Virus record (IMG/VR): IMGVR_UViG_3300013105_000023
From: an uncultured virus (IMG/VR IMGVR_UViG_3300013105_000023)
Taxonomy: Duplodnaviria > Heunggongvirae > Uroviricota > Caudoviricetes
Direction: 5' to 3' (one strand)
DNA length: 64,000 bases
Part shown: piece by piece, positions 9,136 to 19,504 of the stretch
How the letters are laid out: every line of letters starts with the position of its first letter
Position numbering within the stretch: the stretch's first letter is position 1
Translations under genes and position numbers: made by a program
Notes under the pieces: model-generated
Database searches by the model: none
What the model was told of the DNA's origin: nothing
The model's input: the letters and a program-made list of their open reading frames with translations, nothing else

Positions 9136-10553
9136 TGGCATATCACCTCCAGGAACACCAGGAGCGGGTATCCAAGAAGATCGGTGAGGGCAAGTCTGTC
9201 CTCGCCTATCACTCGTTAGGGTCAGGGAAGACTCTTACGGCTTTGGATTCCGCCAGCAGCATCCTTAAAGCTAATCCGAATGCTCGGTCGCTGTTTGTCG
9301 TCCCGGCACCGCTGCGTGACAACCTGCAAAAGGAAATGGACAAGCACGGTATCGATCCGGAGATCCGCAAACGTATCGACATCGATTCCTATGAAGGTGC
9401 CACAAACAAATCCGAGAAGTACAAGAACAACAAGTACCACTTGGTGGTGATGGACGAGGCACACCGCGTACGTAACTCCGGGCTCCGCTCGGATGCTGTG
9501 CGTGACATTGCCCGTTCTGCCAAGCAGCGCTTGACCCTGACGGGGACGCCGATCTACAACCAGCGTTCTGACATTGCCAAAGTGATCAACACCACGGCCG
9601 GCAAGACGGTGATGCCGGAAGACCCGACTAAGTTTGACGAAGCGTACATCAACAAGCAGATCGTGAAGCCTGGTCTCTTGATGCGGATGCTCGGGGTGAC
9701 GCCGGGTGAAAAGTTGACGGTGAAGGATAATGCTGTCCTGAGGAAGATCGGAAAGGAGTACATGGACCGGTTCAACGCCATGGAATCCCTGAAGAGTGAC
9801 TTCCCGGACAGGACGGATGAGATGGTTCACGTCGACATGAGCCCGCAGCAGCTCCGTGCGTACCAGTACGCCGAGGGTACCATCCCGCTGCCGATGCGAC
9901 TTAAGATCCGAATGAACCTGCCGCTGGACAAGAAAGAGGCTCAGAACCTGAACTCGTTCTCAACGGCAATCCGTCAGATCAGTAACACCGATGCCGGCTA
10001 CACCACGCGCCACCCGAATGCCCCGAAGATTGACCGTATCGTCAGTGACTTCGAAGGCATGATGAAGGAGAACCCGAATCACAAAGGGATTATCTATTCG
10101 AACTATCTCGGGTCCGGCCTGGATGAAGCGTACCGTCAGATGACCGCGAAGAAGATCCCAACGGTCATGTTCACCGGTAAAACGACCCCGGCGGAACGTA
10201 AGCAAGCGATTAAAGATTACAATGCGGGTAAAGTGAAAGCGATTCTGTTATCCTCAGCAGGATCGGAAGGGCTTGACTTGCAAGGCACCCGTTCCTTCCA
10301 AGGGATGGAGCCTCATTTCAACAACAAGAAGATTGACCAAGTTATCGGTCGCGGCATCCGTTATAAGTCTCACGCGATGCTTCCGGAAGAAGAACGTAAG
10401 GTCCGTGTCATGCGGTACGCGGCGACTAAGCCGAAACTCTTTGGACACTTCTCGCGTGGCCAGGGGATCGATGACTACCTGAAAAACTCTTCGGACACCA
10501 AGGATTCACTGACCCGTGAGATCCTCAAAGCGATGACCGATAGCGATAGCTAA
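9135..10553 (+). CDS. SNF2/SF2-family helicase-ATPase
   Basis: Walker A HSLGSGKT, DEAH, LTGTP, SEGLDL, QVIGRGIR. Confidence 0.9.
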   Translation: MAYHLQEHQERVSKKIGEGKSVLAYHSLGSGKTLTALDSASSILKANPNARSLFVVPAPLRDNLQKEMDKHGIDPEIRKRIDIDSYEGATNKSEKYKNNKYHLVVMDEAHRVRNSGLRSDAVRDIARSAKQRLTLTGTPIYNQRSDIAKVINTTAGKTVMPEDPTKFDEAYINKQIVKPGLLMRMLGVTPGEKLTVKDNAVLRKIGKEYMDRFNAMESLKSDFPDRTDEMVHVDMSPQQLRAYQYAEGTIPLPMRLKIRMNLPLDKKEAQNLNSFSTAIRQISNTDAGYTTRHPNAPKIDRIVSDFEGMMKENPNHKGIIYSNYLGSGLDEAYRQMTAKKIPTVMFTGKTTPAERKQAIKDYNAGKVKAILLSSAGSEGLDLQGTRSFQGMEPHFNNKKIDQVIGRGIRYKSHAMLPEEERKVRVMRYAATKPKLFGHFSRGQGIDDYLKNSSDTKDSLTREILKAMTDSDS

Positions 10554-10602
10554 AATACGAGTGATTAGCTAAAATAGTGTTTATTTAACGGAGAACCGAA
10601 CT

Positions 10603-12462
10603 ATGAATTTTAGTCAAATGGCTCTGGAAAAGCTGAATGCTGCTTCTCCCGGCCTGAGCAAGTACGTGATTGCGTTCAAGGATATGACCTCTGAACTGCA
10701 AGATTCGGACGGGGTGGAAGTCGGCGTCTTCATCATGCGAAACGGTGGAAGCCTGTTCTACGTCCCAGTGATCTCTCGCGGCGGCGTGACGTTCCCTATC
10801 GACTCCATCTATTTGGCTGATCGTAAGGCGTTCTTCCCGTTAACCAAGAAGACCATCGAGCAGATTAAGACGAGCCAGAACTCAAACGTTGGCCAGTCTG
10901 CCCGCATCCCGCAGGGCGTCATCAGCAACCCAGATCTGAAAGACCTGGTCGTACCGCCACGCACCGGTAAGTTCATGTACGCAAGCGACGGCCGTTTAGG
11001 CGGTATCATTGCGCTGTCTGCACCGGAAATCCGCAAGGACCTGGCTGACGTGATCACCAAGTCTGCCGAAGTGAATGACGCCCTGGGCGCCATGCTGGAC
11101 CTGCCGGCACTGACCGAGTCACTGCTGAACGACGAGCGTCTGGAATTCACCATGCAGAAGCAAGCCCGTGTGCTCTTCGACGGGGATGGCCTGCCGAACG
11201 AAGCCGTTCAGAACATCCTGAACAAGGGTTACCACATCGAAGGCGAGCATGATCACACCCGTGTGGTTGTTGAATCTGCCGGTGCGTCCCACTTCACCAA
11301 GCTGACCGCTTGTGAACCTGGCCACGCGTACACCGCAGAAGGCATCGGTGGTGCAGAATTGCCAATCGCTATCCTGCCACAGAGCTCGATGAGCCTGCAG
11401 CACAAAGCCGTTCTGGTGGCCCAACCGGATGGTACCTTTGCGTTCATCGACCCTAACGTCGTTGTTCACCAGCAGGAACGCCCGTACGAAAACATCGTGA
11501 AGAACTTGCTGGAATCAAAAGCCAGTGACGCCTTCGTTCTGGTCGAGCAAGGTGACAACCGTGAAGTGATGTTCTTCGACGGCAGCGGCTACTTCGTGTT
11601 CCGTTCAACCGGTCCGGCGACGCTGGATAACGGAGTGACCATCATGAAGGGTTACGTTCTGCAAGGTGCCGGTGGCTCTACCATGGCGACCCTGGTGATT
11701 TCAGAAGGGATGCACGGCCTGATTCACGTCCAACCGACGGAAAACAAAGGTCTGAACATCTACCTGAACGCCTCGTGCAAAGCCTTCGTGGGTTACACGC
11801 CGAGCCTGGATTCTCGTATGGAACGTTCACTGTCGTCTGCGATTGTTCGTCACGAGCACCGCACACTGGCCGTTCTGCCTGAATTCCACACCATGACCTT
11901 CCACAATGGCCAGTTCGCCATTGACGGTCGTATGGTCGGTGGTCGCGGTGACGCTGCCCGTATCCTGGTGGAAGAACTGAAGCTGCAACCGAACGATTCT
12001 GAATCGCTGCTGAAATCAGCCGAAGAGAACCGCAAGGTTGAGATGCACATGTCGAAAGAAGCAGCAGAAAGCTCGAAGCCAACCCCGATCGTCGAGTACG
12101 GTCAGAAGTTGACTCCGCAAGTGCAGATTTCCGGTGACGCCCGTCAGCGTCAAATGGGCATGGCTGATCGTGTGACTGCCGCGGCGAAGACCCGTGACAA
12201 GTCTGTCGTTGAAGCGACGATCATCTCTGAGCTGCTGAATGACCCGGACATGTTCGGTACCATCAACGAATATCTCCCGGACATCGGTCAAGCTGTCGAC
12301 CGTATCGGTCGTGTACTGTTCCTGGCCCGCGTTAACTCAAACAAGCTGTCCGACACAATGGATCCAGAGGCACTGAGTAACATGGTCACGAACCTTCGTA
12401 GTTCTTACACCAATCTGGGTGAGAGCTACATCAAGCTTGAGCAGATCGCCTCCAATGTCTAA
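10603..12462 (+). CDS. Hypothetical protein, probable head/virion component
   Basis: 619 aa; first gene of the head module; GGAG SD; CTAAAATA upstream. Confidence 0.6.
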   Translation: MNFSQMALEKLNAASPGLSKYVIAFKDMTSELQDSDGVEVGVFIMRNGGSLFYVPVISRGGVTFPIDSIYLADRKAFFPLTKKTIEQIKTSQNSNVGQSARIPQGVISNPDLKDLVVPPRTGKFMYASDGRLGGIIALSAPEIRKDLADVITKSAEVNDALGAMLDLPALTESLLNDERLEFTMQKQARVLFDGDGLPNEAVQNILNKGYHIEGEHDHTRVVVESAGASHFTKLTACEPGHAYTAEGIGGAELPIAILPQSSMSLQHKAVLVAQPDGTFAFIDPNVVVHQQERPYENIVKNLLESKASDAFVLVEQGDNREVMFFDGSGYFVFRSTGPATLDNGVTIMKGYVLQGAGGSTMATLVISEGMHGLIHVQPTENKGLNIYLNASCKAFVGYTPSLDSRMERSLSSAIVRHEHRTLAVLPEFHTMTFHNGQFAIDGRMVGGRGDAARILVEELKLQPNDSESLLKSAEENRKVEMHMSKEAAESSKPTPIVEYGQKLTPQVQISGDARQRQMGMADRVTAAAKTRDKSVVEATIISELLNDPDMFGTINEYLPDIGQAVDRIGRVLFLARVNSNKLSDTMDPEALSNMVTNLRSSYTNLGESYIKLEQIASNV

Positions 12463-13099
12463 ATCTGTAGACTACCGTGGCAAGCTCTTGGCAAGGGGCA
12501 CTCGAGAGGCGGATCCGATTGTGGATCAGCTTCTTGACGGTGCGTTCCCTGAAATTGTCGAAGCTGCTACGGTGCTTTACAAAGACCGGACACAGAGAAT
12601 GTACGTGGAGTCTAGCCTACTGGCCACGAACGATCTCGAAGTGATCTCCAGGTTCCTTGAACTGGAGGTCGCTGTCCTCGACATGTACCGGTCGCTGTAC
12701 TTTGATGTGGCCCATTTCACCAAGTTACAACGCATGTCGTATCTGGATTCCGTCAAGGAAGGTCCGGATCGCAACATGAAGTCCTGGGCTCTGACCCAGG
12801 GCGTCCGCTTCCTGGAGTGGCGGTTCGGGAACGACGTCAGGATTTCCCCAGTGGAAGGCTTGTCGGCGATTTTCTCGGATTGCTACTACAAAAGCAAAGA
12901 GGCGTTCTTCAACGGCAACTCATCGGAAGCTTCGAAGGAAGCCGCCAAGTGGACCAAGCAAGCGGTGGAAGTCGCCCGTCTGCTGAAGTCGTGGGTAACC
13001 GATGCGAACGAAGCCATGAAGGACATCAATATCGCACTCGAGCAGTACATGGGTGACGATATCGAATTCCCAACTGAAGAAGACCTGGAGAATACTTGA
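12455..13099 (+). CDS. Hypothetical protein
   Basis: Helical ORF coupled to both neighbours; ATG 12455 preferred. Confidence 0.65.
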   Translation: MSKSVDYRGKLLARGTREADPIVDQLLDGAFPEIVEAATVLYKDRTQRMYVESSLLATNDLEVISRFLELEVAVLDMYRSLYFDVAHFTKLQRMSYLDSVKEGPDRNMKSWALTQGVRFLEWRFGNDVRISPVEGLSAIFSDCYYKSKEAFFNGNSSEASKEAAKWTKQAVEVARLLKSWVTDANEAMKDINIALEQYMGDDIEFPTEEDLENT

Positions 13100-14028
13100 T
13101 GGACATGTCTGTGGATTTTTTAAAGAACGTCGGTGCGGGGGTCGTTGCGGCTTTCCGTACCGGGGGCGTTGCCCTCAATGACGGGATCGTTAAGGCGGCG
13201 AGTGATAACCAACTCAATGCTGACCAAGTGGCCCGCCTCGTTGAGACGGTAAACCAGCTGGCGTACCTGTCGGGCCCGCACAGCTCAATGGATAAGACGG
13301 CAGAGTTTGATCTGGCTGATTACGAAACAGTGCTTACCACGATGCTAACCCCTCCTTCCATCGAGAAGGCGGCATCTGCCCGTCGTCCATCCCCGCTCTC
13401 GCTTTTAGCTGAGCCGATGGAAAAGGTTGCGAGTGAAGCGGATTACCAGTTCCAGGCGAACCCGGTTGAAGTCCGTAAGCATGCAGAACGTGAGTTCTAT
13501 GCGGGTCGTGACAACCTGAAGCGTATGGACGTGGAAGAAGCGAACATCGTGGAAGGCCTGCTGAAATCGGCTGCGGCCGTGAAGAGTGACCCTGATGCCC
13601 TGAACAAGATCGCTGCCCTGGCGGGTGGAGACAACCGTAAATACGGCGAGCTCTGCAGCCTGGTGTTCGGTCACGTGAAGGAAGCGTCCGGCCCGCGTGT
13701 TCGTTCTGCGGTGGACTTGATGAACGTGCAAGCCCTGGCAGACCAACTGGGTCTGGCCAAGCAGGCGTCGACCGATCGCAAGAACCTGGAAGAGCGTCTC
13801 ACCAAGATCGCCGAAGAGATTTGCCCGGCCGGAATGGACAAAGAAGCGTTCGTCGGTAGCTTGCTGCGTGCCGCGGGAACTGCTCTTCGTGGTGCCAAAC
13901 CTGGTTTAGCTACTGCTGGCAACGGCATTAAACTAGGTGGTACAATCGCTGTGGCCGCTCCGGAAGTCTCTCAGATTTCGCGTTCGGCGGCACCAAAGAA
14001 TGATATCTGGAGCAGTCTCCATAGCTAA
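13096..14028 (+). CDS. Probable internal head protein, KxA-motif rich
   Basis: About ten hydrophobic-x-K-x-A motifs. Confidence 0.6.
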   Translation: MMDMSVDFLKNVGAGVVAAFRTGGVALNDGIVKAASDNQLNADQVARLVETVNQLAYLSGPHSSMDKTAEFDLADYETVLTTMLTPPSIEKAASARRPSPLSLLAEPMEKVASEADYQFQANPVEVRKHAEREFYAGRDNLKRMDVEEANIVEGLLKSAAAVKSDPDALNKIAALAGGDNRKYGELCSLVFGHVKEASGPRVRSAVDLMNVQALADQLGLAKQASTDRKNLEERLTKIAEEICPAGMDKEAFVGSLLRAAGTALRGAKPGLATAGNGIKLGGTIAVAAPEVSQISRSAAPKNDIWSSLHS

Positions 14029-14037
14029 GAGGTTACC

Positions 14038-14586
14038 ATGAACGACACTACTGAATTACTGAAAGGGCTGCGTGAAGGCCTGGAAGCCGGCCTGCTGAAA
14101 GAAGCGGGCGTTTCCGAACTGAATGACGGTCAGCGTGAATTTATTGACATGACCGTGGCGGAATTCGAGAAGCAAGCAGGCTTCATGGATGGCTTCAAAA
14201 ACGCTTTCTCCGGCGAAGAAGTCGGTAAAGCTGCCCTGAAAGCCGGTATCCCGCTGTTAGGTGGTATCGGTGTGGCCGCTGCGGCTAAAGCCGTTGGCGC
14301 TATCGCTGGTGGCATGAACCGCGGCAAGTTCGAAACGGCTCTGCGTCTGGCGATTTCTCGTAACGCCATCCTGCAGCAAGCAGATCAGGAACGCCTGAAG
14401 TCTCTGGCTGATTCTGTCTATCACGCTGCCCCAACCGTCTCCACCGATCCGAACATCCTCGGTCAAGTCCTGGTGAACGCCATCCGTGGTGAAAACCTGG
14501 ATATCCAGACTGTGAAGATGCTGGGTGACCTGGAAGCGCGTCGTACTCAAGGTCCGGCCTTGACTGCCCGTAACTTCTCGCTGTAA
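14038..14586 (+). CDS. Probable internal virion protein
   Basis: LLKEAG and FEKQAG motifs followed by a Gly/Ala hydrophobic segment. Confidence 0.6.
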   Translation: MNDTTELLKGLREGLEAGLLKEAGVSELNDGQREFIDMTVAEFEKQAGFMDGFKNAFSGEEVGKAALKAGIPLLGGIGVAAAAKAVGAIAGGMNRGKFETALRLAISRNAILQQADQERLKSLADSVYHAAPTVSTDPNILGQVLVNAIRGENLDIQTVKMLGDLEARRTQGPALTARNFSL

Positions 14587-14625
14587 TATAACTGGGTGCC
14601 GAAAGGCACCCTTAGAGGAACCCAA

Positions 14626-16101
14626 ATGGATAAACTTTTAGACAGTCGCCACGAAGGCCATCTCGAGCTGGGCCAAGCGACGTTACTGTTTGATGACGCT
14701 GGCGGCCTGACCAAGGTTGCGGCGGCTGCAGAGATCGATAGCTTCGTGAAGGATATTCCTGTTCGCGACGGCTTCTTCTACCTGCACATCAATGCCATGG
14801 GTGCCGGCGAGTACTACGGCTCGAACAGAAACGGTGACTACTTCCCAGAGGCTCAGCTGATCCGATGGCACAAGACCTTCGAGACGTCACCTGCCCACGT
14901 ATTCCGCCACCACGTCAACAAGGACCCTGCCAAGTCAATCGGCAAGGTCATCTTCTCGTATTACAACACCCGCATGCACCGCGTTGAACTCATTGCCGAG
15001 GTCAGCAAGGAATTGGGTGCGGATGAATACATGAAGATTACCCAGTTGGGTCAATACCCGGCAACCTCTATGGCATGTAATACGCCGTTTGACGTGTGCT
15101 CCATCTGTGGCAACAAAGCTCATTCTCGCTTGCAGTACTGTACTCACCTGACTTCCCAACTGAACACCCTTTACCCGGATGGCCGTAAAGTGATGTCCCT
15201 GAACCTCGGCCCGCTGAAGTTCTTCGACATTTCGATCGTTATCCGCCCGGCAGACATCACGTCTTCGGTTCTGGAAAAGGTTGCGAACCACCAGGGCGTT
15301 ATCTCCTCGACGGAAGCCGCAGAAGCTGAAGGCTTAACGTACGAAGAGAAGATCGACGTGCCGGTTGGCATCAAGAAGGAAGCGGTTGAGAAGCTAGCGG
15401 ACTTGATCAAAGAGATTGACGGAAACGTCGTAGGCGTAGATACTCGTCTCGATGCGGTACTCGATCGTATCCTCGACCCTGAGGACAGCTTGATTACGGT
15501 ACTCCAGGGCTACCCTTTCGGGGAAGTTCTTAACGCATTTGCCGAACTCGGCATGAACCCATCCATGAGCTTCTGGTCGAAGTACTTTGCTCGTATGTAC
15601 CTCGGAAAAGAACATATGGGTGCTCTCGCAATGGCAGTGGCTGAGCATGTTGGTCCTGCAGCTCTTCCCGTCCCGGAAAGCATCCCGGAAATCGATGAGA
15701 AAGCGGCGAGCCCCATGCTGCTTAAACTATTAGTCAGATACGTCGAAGGCTCGTCCTACCGTGCTGACATGGTAGAAAAGCGTGCAGCGGCTTATGTTAT
15801 GGGCACTCCCGGTGTGGCGTCAGGTTACACTAATTGGGAACAAGGCCGGTTGCCACCTCCAAAACTGGAGTTACCACCAGCCACAGCAGAGCAGGATTCA
15901 ACCCTGTTAAGTACCCTGCTGACGATTGCCGGCTCCGCCTTACTCGCCAAGTACATGATTGCTGGGCTGGTAAAGAGAAAGTTGGAAAAAGCCAACAGTT
16001 GGATTAAAATGCCAAGTGTTGAAACAATCGTGAAATCCGCAGAGGTAACTGTTAAACTAATGGAAGGTTCCATTAAACGCCATTGCAGGAGAGTAAAATG
16101 A
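14626..16101 (+). CDS. Prohead maturation protease
   Basis: NRNGDYF, VFRHH, SMAC..CSICGN..C.HL and FFDISIVIRPAD fit HK97/assemblin-fold phage proteases; located upstream of scaffold and capsid genes. Confidence 0.75.
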   Translation: MDKLLDSRHEGHLELGQATLLFDDAGGLTKVAAAAEIDSFVKDIPVRDGFFYLHINAMGAGEYYGSNRNGDYFPEAQLIRWHKTFETSPAHVFRHHVNKDPAKSIGKVIFSYYNTRMHRVELIAEVSKELGADEYMKITQLGQYPATSMACNTPFDVCSICGNKAHSRLQYCTHLTSQLNTLYPDGRKVMSLNLGPLKFFDISIVIRPADITSSVLEKVANHQGVISSTEAAEAEGLTYEEKIDVPVGIKKEAVEKLADLIKEIDGNVVGVDTRLDAVLDRILDPEDSLITVLQGYPFGEVLNAFAELGMNPSMSFWSKYFARMYLGKEHMGALAMAVAEHVGPAALPVPESIPEIDEKAASPMLLKLLVRYVEGSSYRADMVEKRAAAYVMGTPGVASGYTNWEQGRLPPPKLELPPATAEQDSTLLSTLLTIAGSALLAKYMIAGLVKRKLEKANSWIKMPSVETIVKSAEVTVKLMEGSIKRHCRRVK

Positions 16102-16856
16102 GTGATATTACGCTGGACAGTCTGATCGCTAGCATCTCTAATGAAGATGAAGTGAATCAGGAAATGACCAAACAGGCATCTGATGCCACGACTGAGCTGG
16201 AACAAGCTCTCTCAAATTCTAACGTTGGAGAAAACAACACCATGACTAAGAGTGCACACGAAGTAGCCGGTCAGTCTATCGCTGACGCTATCCTGGCTGG
16301 CCTGAACAAGCAGGCTTCCGAAAACACCGTAGCAGCTGAAACCCAGACTATGGTCAACGAAGACACTGCCAAGATCAAAGAAACTCCGGTAGCGGGCAAA
16401 ACCGTTAGCGAAGTTGCTCAGGCTCTGCTGGCACGTGCCGCTTCAGAAGGTAAAACTGAGAAGCCAAAGCATGTTGATGCTGAAGTGAATGCCGAAGGTG
16501 GCGCTCAGACCGCTGGTCGTGCTCCAATCGATTCACAGCTGGACAAGCAAGCTGCTGAAGCCCTGTCAGCCCTGATCGCTGACGGCGTTGACTTCGCAGA
16601 AGCTGCCGAGCTGGTTAAAGAAGCTCAGGCTCACCTGAACTCTGACCTGGAGAAAGCGGCTGCCGTTTCATCTCTGATGGACAACGGTATCGACTTCGCA
16701 GAAGCGGTTGAACTGGTTAAGCAAGCCTCAGTAGGCGAAGCTGCTGGCGAATACAGTGACCTGGAGAAGAAAGCTGCTCTGGATCAACTGATGGACGAAG
16801 GTTTCTCCTTCTCTGACGCCCTGTCAGCCATCGAAGCTGTTGTAGCTGGTCAGTAA
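16098..16856 (+). CDS. Scaffold-like acidic protein with three internal helical repeats
   Basis: Repeats LDKQAA..LIADGVDFAEA, LEKAAA..LMDNGIDFAEA, LEKKAA..LMDEGFSFSDA. Confidence 0.6.
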   Translation: MSDITLDSLIASISNEDEVNQEMTKQASDATTELEQALSNSNVGENNTMTKSAHEVAGQSIADAILAGLNKQASENTVAAETQTMVNEDTAKIKETPVAGKTVSEVAQALLARAASEGKTEKPKHVDAEVNAEGGAQTAGRAPIDSQLDKQAAEALSALIADGVDFAEAAELVKEAQAHLNSDLEKAAAVSSLMDNGIDFAEAVELVKQASVGEAAGEYSDLEKKAALDQLMDEGFSFSDALSAIEAVVAGQ

Positions 16857-16865
16857 GTCCTGTAT

Positions 16866-16886
16866 GCCCCGCTTCGGCGGGGTTTT
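16866..16886 (+). terminator. Intrinsic terminator
   Basis: CCCCGC-TTCG-GCGGGG followed by TTTT. Confidence 0.75.
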
Positions 16887-16891
16887 CTGAG

Positions 16892-17512
16892 GTGAATATG
16901 CAAAAAGAATCTTCAATTGTCGGTGCCGCTAAGGCTGCCCTGGAGTCTGTCCGGGCAGGCAGAGCCGCTATTGGCAAACAGATTAACAAAGCGTATCGCC
17001 CCATCAAGTCCATTTCTCCTGCCGCTATCGGCGGGGGTCTTGTAGCCGGTCACATCGTGGGTGGTTACAGTGGGTCAGCGGCTGCACAAGCCGGCATGTA
17101 CCATATCGGTTATAACGACGCAATGAAGAAGCAAGCAGGCCTGTCTCCGTTTATTCGGAACGGTGTCACTGCGGCTCGAGGCTTTGTGACGCGTAACGGA
17201 AATGCTGTACGTGGACTCGCATCACCGATCGGCAAGAAGATCTCTCAGAATCCTGTTAAGACTGCAGTGGGTGTCGGCGTTGCCGGCGGCCTGGCAGCTG
17301 GATCCATGACGAAATCTTCAGGTTTGATGAACCGCAGTATTGCTCTTGCTCGTTTGTACGGCAAAAAGGCACCCACTACGACTAAAATCGTTGCAGGTAC
17401 CGTGTCTGCTGGACTGGGGCTCGGGGTAACACACGTGGCCGATGAGAAATTGGATGGCGCCGCAGGGCGAGCCGCAGTGTATAATTTCCGTAAGAACAAC
17501 GGAAGCATTTGA
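16892..17512 (+). CDS. Basic Gly/Ala-rich protein, probable internal virion protein
   Basis: Three segments each begun by MxK(E/Q/S)(S/A) and containing a hydrophobic GxxxG stretch. Confidence 0.55.
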   Translation: MNMQKESSIVGAAKAALESVRAGRAAIGKQINKAYRPIKSISPAAIGGGLVAGHIVGGYSGSAAAQAGMYHIGYNDAMKKQAGLSPFIRNGVTAARGFVTRNGNAVRGLASPIGKKISQNPVKTAVGVGVAGGLAAGSMTKSSGLMNRSIALARLYGKKAPTTTKIVAGTVSAGLGLGVTHVADEKLDGAAGRAAVYNFRKNNGSI

Positions 17513-17525
17513 CCAGAGAGGATCT

Positions 17526-18044
17526 ATGAATACTGAACTGATTCGTAACCGAGCTGGCGATCTGAACGCACAAGCTTCTGCTATTCGCAGCAAGTATGAT
17601 TTTTCACTGGTGAAACAAGCCGCGTTAAACTCTTTAGCAGAGAACGGCGTGGATATGGCCCAGGCGGAAAACATGCTGAATGGTTACGAGAAAGAATTTG
17701 CTCCTAGCCACACTGCTGAAATGCTGCAAGCTGCCGCGGATTTTGAGAAACAAGCGTTTGTTCTTGAAAAATGTGCTGATATTATTGATGATCTCAGTGC
17801 TAAACTACAAAGTAGTGAAGAACAAGTTGCACAGATGACCAAAGCCGCGACCGTTAACCCACAATTAGATGCATTAAAATCTAAAGGTGGATACAGCGAG
17901 TCTGATCTGGAAGCGTTAAAATCACTTCCGAAAAGCACGCTGGAAAAGATCGCGAGCGACCAAGGCCCGAGTGACCTTGGACGAGCAACCAACAGAAGCA
18001 GCGCCAACTCGGTAGACCCGATGGTCGCTTTCTGTATGTCCTAA
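17526..18044 (+). CDS. Scaffold-like coiled-coil protein
   Basis: GAGG SD before ATG 17526; coiled coil; several KxA motifs; directly upstream of decoration and capsid genes. Confidence 0.6.
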   Translation: MNTELIRNRAGDLNAQASAIRSKYDFSLVKQAALNSLAENGVDMAQAENMLNGYEKEFAPSHTAEMLQAAADFEKQAFVLEKCADIIDDLSAKLQSSEEQVAQMTKAATVNPQLDALKSKGGYSESDLEALKSLPKSTLEKIASDQGPSDLGRATNRSSANSVDPMVAFCMS

Positions 18045-18062
18045 GATAACCAGGAGAAATTA

Positions 18063-18542
18063 ATGAGCAGACTGCCTCAGTTAGAATACCGTGCGGAGTT
18101 CCTGAAAGGATGGCCACGTCCTAATGGGCTGCACTTGAACCTCCAGAGCGACGACGCGACTCTGACCAACGGTGACCTGGTAGTTCCAGTAGCTGGTGGT
18201 AAAGTTAAGCGTGTTGACGCGGCTGGTAAAGCCAACGGAGTTGGCATCATCGTTCGCGGCCCAGTGGACGACAAATCTGTACGCGTAGCAGGCGGAATCG
18301 CTTCAGGCAATGGCCGTGAAGTTGTTGGCGGTGGAAACACTTGCATCGTTCTGTTTGGTGGCTACATCGTTCGTACCTCTGCGTTCGACGACACTGCAAC
18401 CTACGTAGAAGGCGACGCGGTTAACACCTCCGCTGCTGGCGTGTTCGGCAAAGCTGCCGCCGCTGATCCGGTACTGGGTACAGTTCTGGAAGTTGAAACC
18501 CTGTCCGATGGCAAGAAAGCCCTCGTGATCCTGGTTCGTTAA
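18063..18542 (+). CDS. Head decoration/cement protein
   Basis: 159 aa beta-rich; G(D/x)LV and GDAV patterns; immediately upstream of the major capsid gene. Confidence 0.55.
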   Translation: MSRLPQLEYRAEFLKGWPRPNGLHLNLQSDDATLTNGDLVVPVAGGKVKRVDAAGKANGVGIIVRGPVDDKSVRVAGGIASGNGREVVGGGNTCIVLFGGYIVRTSAFDDTATYVEGDAVNTSAAGVFGKAAAADPVLGTVLEVETLSDGKKALVILVR

Positions 18543-18555
18543 TTAGGAGCCGATA

Positions 18556-19473
18556 ATGAACACCGAAACTGTAAACGTGCAGTTCATGAACCAATCGTTC
18601 ATCGACAAGATTGACCAGGGCCTGGTTAAAGAAGCTGGTGCTGCAATGTCAGCATTCGTTCGCCAGAAACTGCGTGAAACGGGCTTTGCTCGTAAGATCC
18701 TGACTCCGCAGATGATTACTGCGTCAGATCTGGACCGTGGCCTGGATGATCAACCTCGTGTGATCATCGAAAAGGAACCTGACTCAGTCGCGGCTTTCAT
18801 GAGCCTGTCTGGTCAGCCGACCGTTCGCTACTTCACCGGTAGCCGTTACGAAGTTCCGTTCTATAAGATCCAGTCTGAGCGTTTCGTTAAGTCGAAGTTC
18901 GAGCTGGCTACTTACCGCACGGACATCCGTAACATCCTGCAGGAAAACTCCGTTAAGGATCTGCAGAAACAAGAAGACGTGAACTTCTTCGCTGGCCTGC
19001 GTGCTATCCAGAAGAATGCTCGTGGTGTTGAGTTCGTAGCGACCACTGGTGATCGTATCACCGACCGCGTTATGAGCCTGATCCAGACTCTGGTTAAAGA
19101 CCATCAGAAGCCTGGTAAGATTCTGCTTTCACACGCTCTGTACCTGCAGATGCTGCGTGAGCCAGCTACCCAGCTGGGTGATGCGATTGCATCTAAGCAC
19201 TTCGAAACCGGTTCGATGGACAGCTTCTACGGCTTCGAGATCGTTACTACCATCAAGGGTGACATCCTGTCATCTGAAGAAGGTCAGAACAAAGGCGATC
19301 TGGTAGCAGTATTCGCACCTGAAGAATACCTGGGTCAGTTCTACAGCCTGCAGGAGCCAACTGTGTTCCTGGAAGCGAAAGCTGACATGATCGAATTCCA
19401 GACTTACGAGTCAATCGGAATCGGCATCGGTAACACCAAAGGCTTCGTGATCGGCAAGGTCGATCTGGTTTAA
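18556..19473 (+). CDS. Major capsid protein (HK97/encapsulin-like fold)
   Basis: 305 aa; strong AGGAG SD; highly biased codons; follows protease, scaffold and decoration genes; QKQEDVNFF spine-helix-like motif; terminator downstream. Confidence 0.7.
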   Translation: MNTETVNVQFMNQSFIDKIDQGLVKEAGAAMSAFVRQKLRETGFARKILTPQMITASDLDRGLDDQPRVIIEKEPDSVAAFMSLSGQPTVRYFTGSRYEVPFYKIQSERFVKSKFELATYRTDIRNILQENSVKDLQKQEDVNFFAGLRAIQKNARGVEFVATTGDRITDRVMSLIQTLVKDHQKPGKILLSHALYLQMLREPATQLGDAIASKHFETGSMDSFYGFEIVTTIKGDILSSEEGQNKGDLVAVFAPEEYLGQFYSLQEPTVFLEAKADMIEFQTYESIGIGIGNTKGFVIGKVDLV

Positions 19474-19504
19474 TCGCCACCACGGTTCTCAAGGACCTTT
19501 CTAT

